Shown here: positions 62,380 through 64,000 of the stretch, piece after piece
Numbering within the stretch: position 1 is the stretch's first letter
Layout of the letters: each line of letters starts with the position of its first letter
Assembly: GCA_002269645.1 (NCBI GenBank)
Contig: NIVC01003019.1
Location: forward strand, 1 to 64,000
Direction of reading: 5' to 3'
Origin: Macrostomum lignano
Lineage: Eukaryota
Length of the DNA: 64,000 nucleotides
Translations under genes and position numbers: made by a program
Notes under the pieces: generated by a model
The model's database searches: none
What the model saw: only the letters and a program-made list of their open reading frames with translations
Told to the model about the DNA's origin: nothing

Positions 62380-64000
62380 AATTCTGGTGTGTGAATGTCT
62401 CTAATTCTGGTGTGTGAATGTCTCTAATTCTGGTGTGTGAATGTCTCTAATTCGGGTGTGTGACCATCTCTAATTCGGGTGTGTGACCGTCTCTAATTCT
62501 GGTGTGTGAATGTCTCTAATTCTGGTGTGTGAATGTCTCTAATTCGGGTGTGTGACCATCTCTAATTCGGGTGTGTGACCGTCTCTAATTCGGGTGTGTG
62601 AATGTCTCTAATTCGGGTGTGTGACCGTCTCTAATTCTGGTGTGTGACCGTCTCTAATTCGGGTGTGTGAATGTCTCTAATTCGGGTGTGTGACCATCTC
62701 TAATTCGGGTGTGTGACCGTCTCTAATTCGGGTGTGTGAATGTCTCTAATTCTGGTGTGTGAATGTCTCTAATTCAGGTGTGTGAATGTCTCTAATTCGG
62801 GTGTGTGAATGTCTCTAATTCTGGTGTGTGAATGTCTCTAATTCTGGTGTGTGAATGTCTCTAATTCGGGTGTGTGAATGTCTCTAATTCGGGTGTGTGA
62901 ATGTCTCTAATTCTGGTGTGTGAATGTCTCTAATTCTGGTGTGTGAATGTCTCTAATTCTGGTGTGTGAATGTCTCTAATTCTGGTGTGTGAATGTCTCT
63001 AATTCGGGTGTGTGAATGTCTCTAATTCGGGTGTGTGAATGTCTCTAATTCTGGTGTGTGAATGTCTCTAATTCAGGTGTGTGACCGTCTCTAATTCGGG
63101 TGTGTGAATGTCTCTAATTCTGGTGTGTGACCGTCTCTAATTCGGGTGTGTGACCGTCTCTAATTCGGGTGTGTGAATGTCTCTAATTCTGGTGTGTGAA
63201 TGTCTCTAATTCGGGTGTGTGAATGTCTCTAATTCAGGTGTGTGAATGTCTCTAATTCAGGTGTGTGACCGTCTCTAATTCGGGTGTGTGAATGTCTCTA
63301 ATTCTGGTGTGTGACCGTCTCTAATTCTGGTGTGTGAATGTCTCTAATTCTGGTATGTGAATGTCTCTAATTCTGGTGTGTGAATGTCTCTAATTCGGGT
63401 GAGTGAATGTCTCTAATTCTGGTGTGTAAATGTCTCTAATTCTGGTGTGTGAATGTCTCTAATTCTGGTGTGTGAATGTCTCTAATTCGGGTGAGTGAAT
63501 GTCTCTAATTCTGGTGTGTGAATGTCTCTAATTCTGGTGTGTGAATGTCTCTAATTCTGGTGTGTGAATGTCTCTAATTCTGGTGTGTGAATGTCTCTAA
63601 TTCGGGTGTGTGAATGTCTAATTCTGGTGTGTGAATGTCTCTAATTCGGGTGTGTGAATGTCTCTAATTCTGGTGTGTGAATGTCTCTAATTCAGGTGTG
63701 TGACCGTCTCTAATTCGGGTGTGTAAATGTCTCTAATTCGGGTGAGTGAATGTCTCTAATTCTGGTGTGTGAATGTCTCTAATTCGGGTGTGTGAATGTC
63801 TCTAATTCGGGTGTGTGAATGTCTCTAATTCAGGTGTGTGACCGTCTCTAATTCGGGTGTGTGAATGTCTCTAATTCTGGTGTGTGAATGTCTCTAATTC
63901 AGGTGTGTGACCGTCTCTAATTCTGGTGTGTGAATGTCTCTAATTCAGGTGTGTGACCGTCTCTAATTCTGGTGTGTGAATGTCTCTAATTCAGGTGTGT
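62380..64000 (+). repeat. 23-bp satellite gtgtgaatgtctctaattctggt, running off the window end
   Basis: Direct reading; about 70 copies. Confidence 0.95.

Overview
Eukaryotic (metazoan) genomic DNA, very rich in tandem repeats and with polyQ-rich GC-rich exons. It looks like a free-living flatworm such as Macrostomum, but that is inference only. Three protein genes lie on the minus strand. (1) An 18-exon, ~37 kb Piccolo/RIM/Fife-family presynaptic active-zone gene (46878->9652; Rab-binding helix + zinc finger, ~1,600 aa low-complexity/coiled-coil spacer, PDZ, C2A, C2B; ~2,880 aa). All its splice phases are consistent except for one apparent 1-nt frameshift in C2B. (2) A two-exon neuropeptide precursor (57872->57001) with a signal peptide and ~11 related xxGxAMR(L/F)Rx peptides. 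(3) A SUMO-like-domain protein with acidic tracts (4600/5246->3872). The mobile fraction includes two intron-containing Crypton-type tyrosine recombinase relics; one sits in a 1,261-bp insertion that splits a tRNA-SINE and is bounded by CAATG direct repeats. It also includes two SINE families, a 2.2 kb solo-LTR-like element with a 4-bp TSD, Tc1/IS630-like remnants and several MITEs. About 18 micro/minisatellite arrays are present. There is no CRISPR array and no rRNA.
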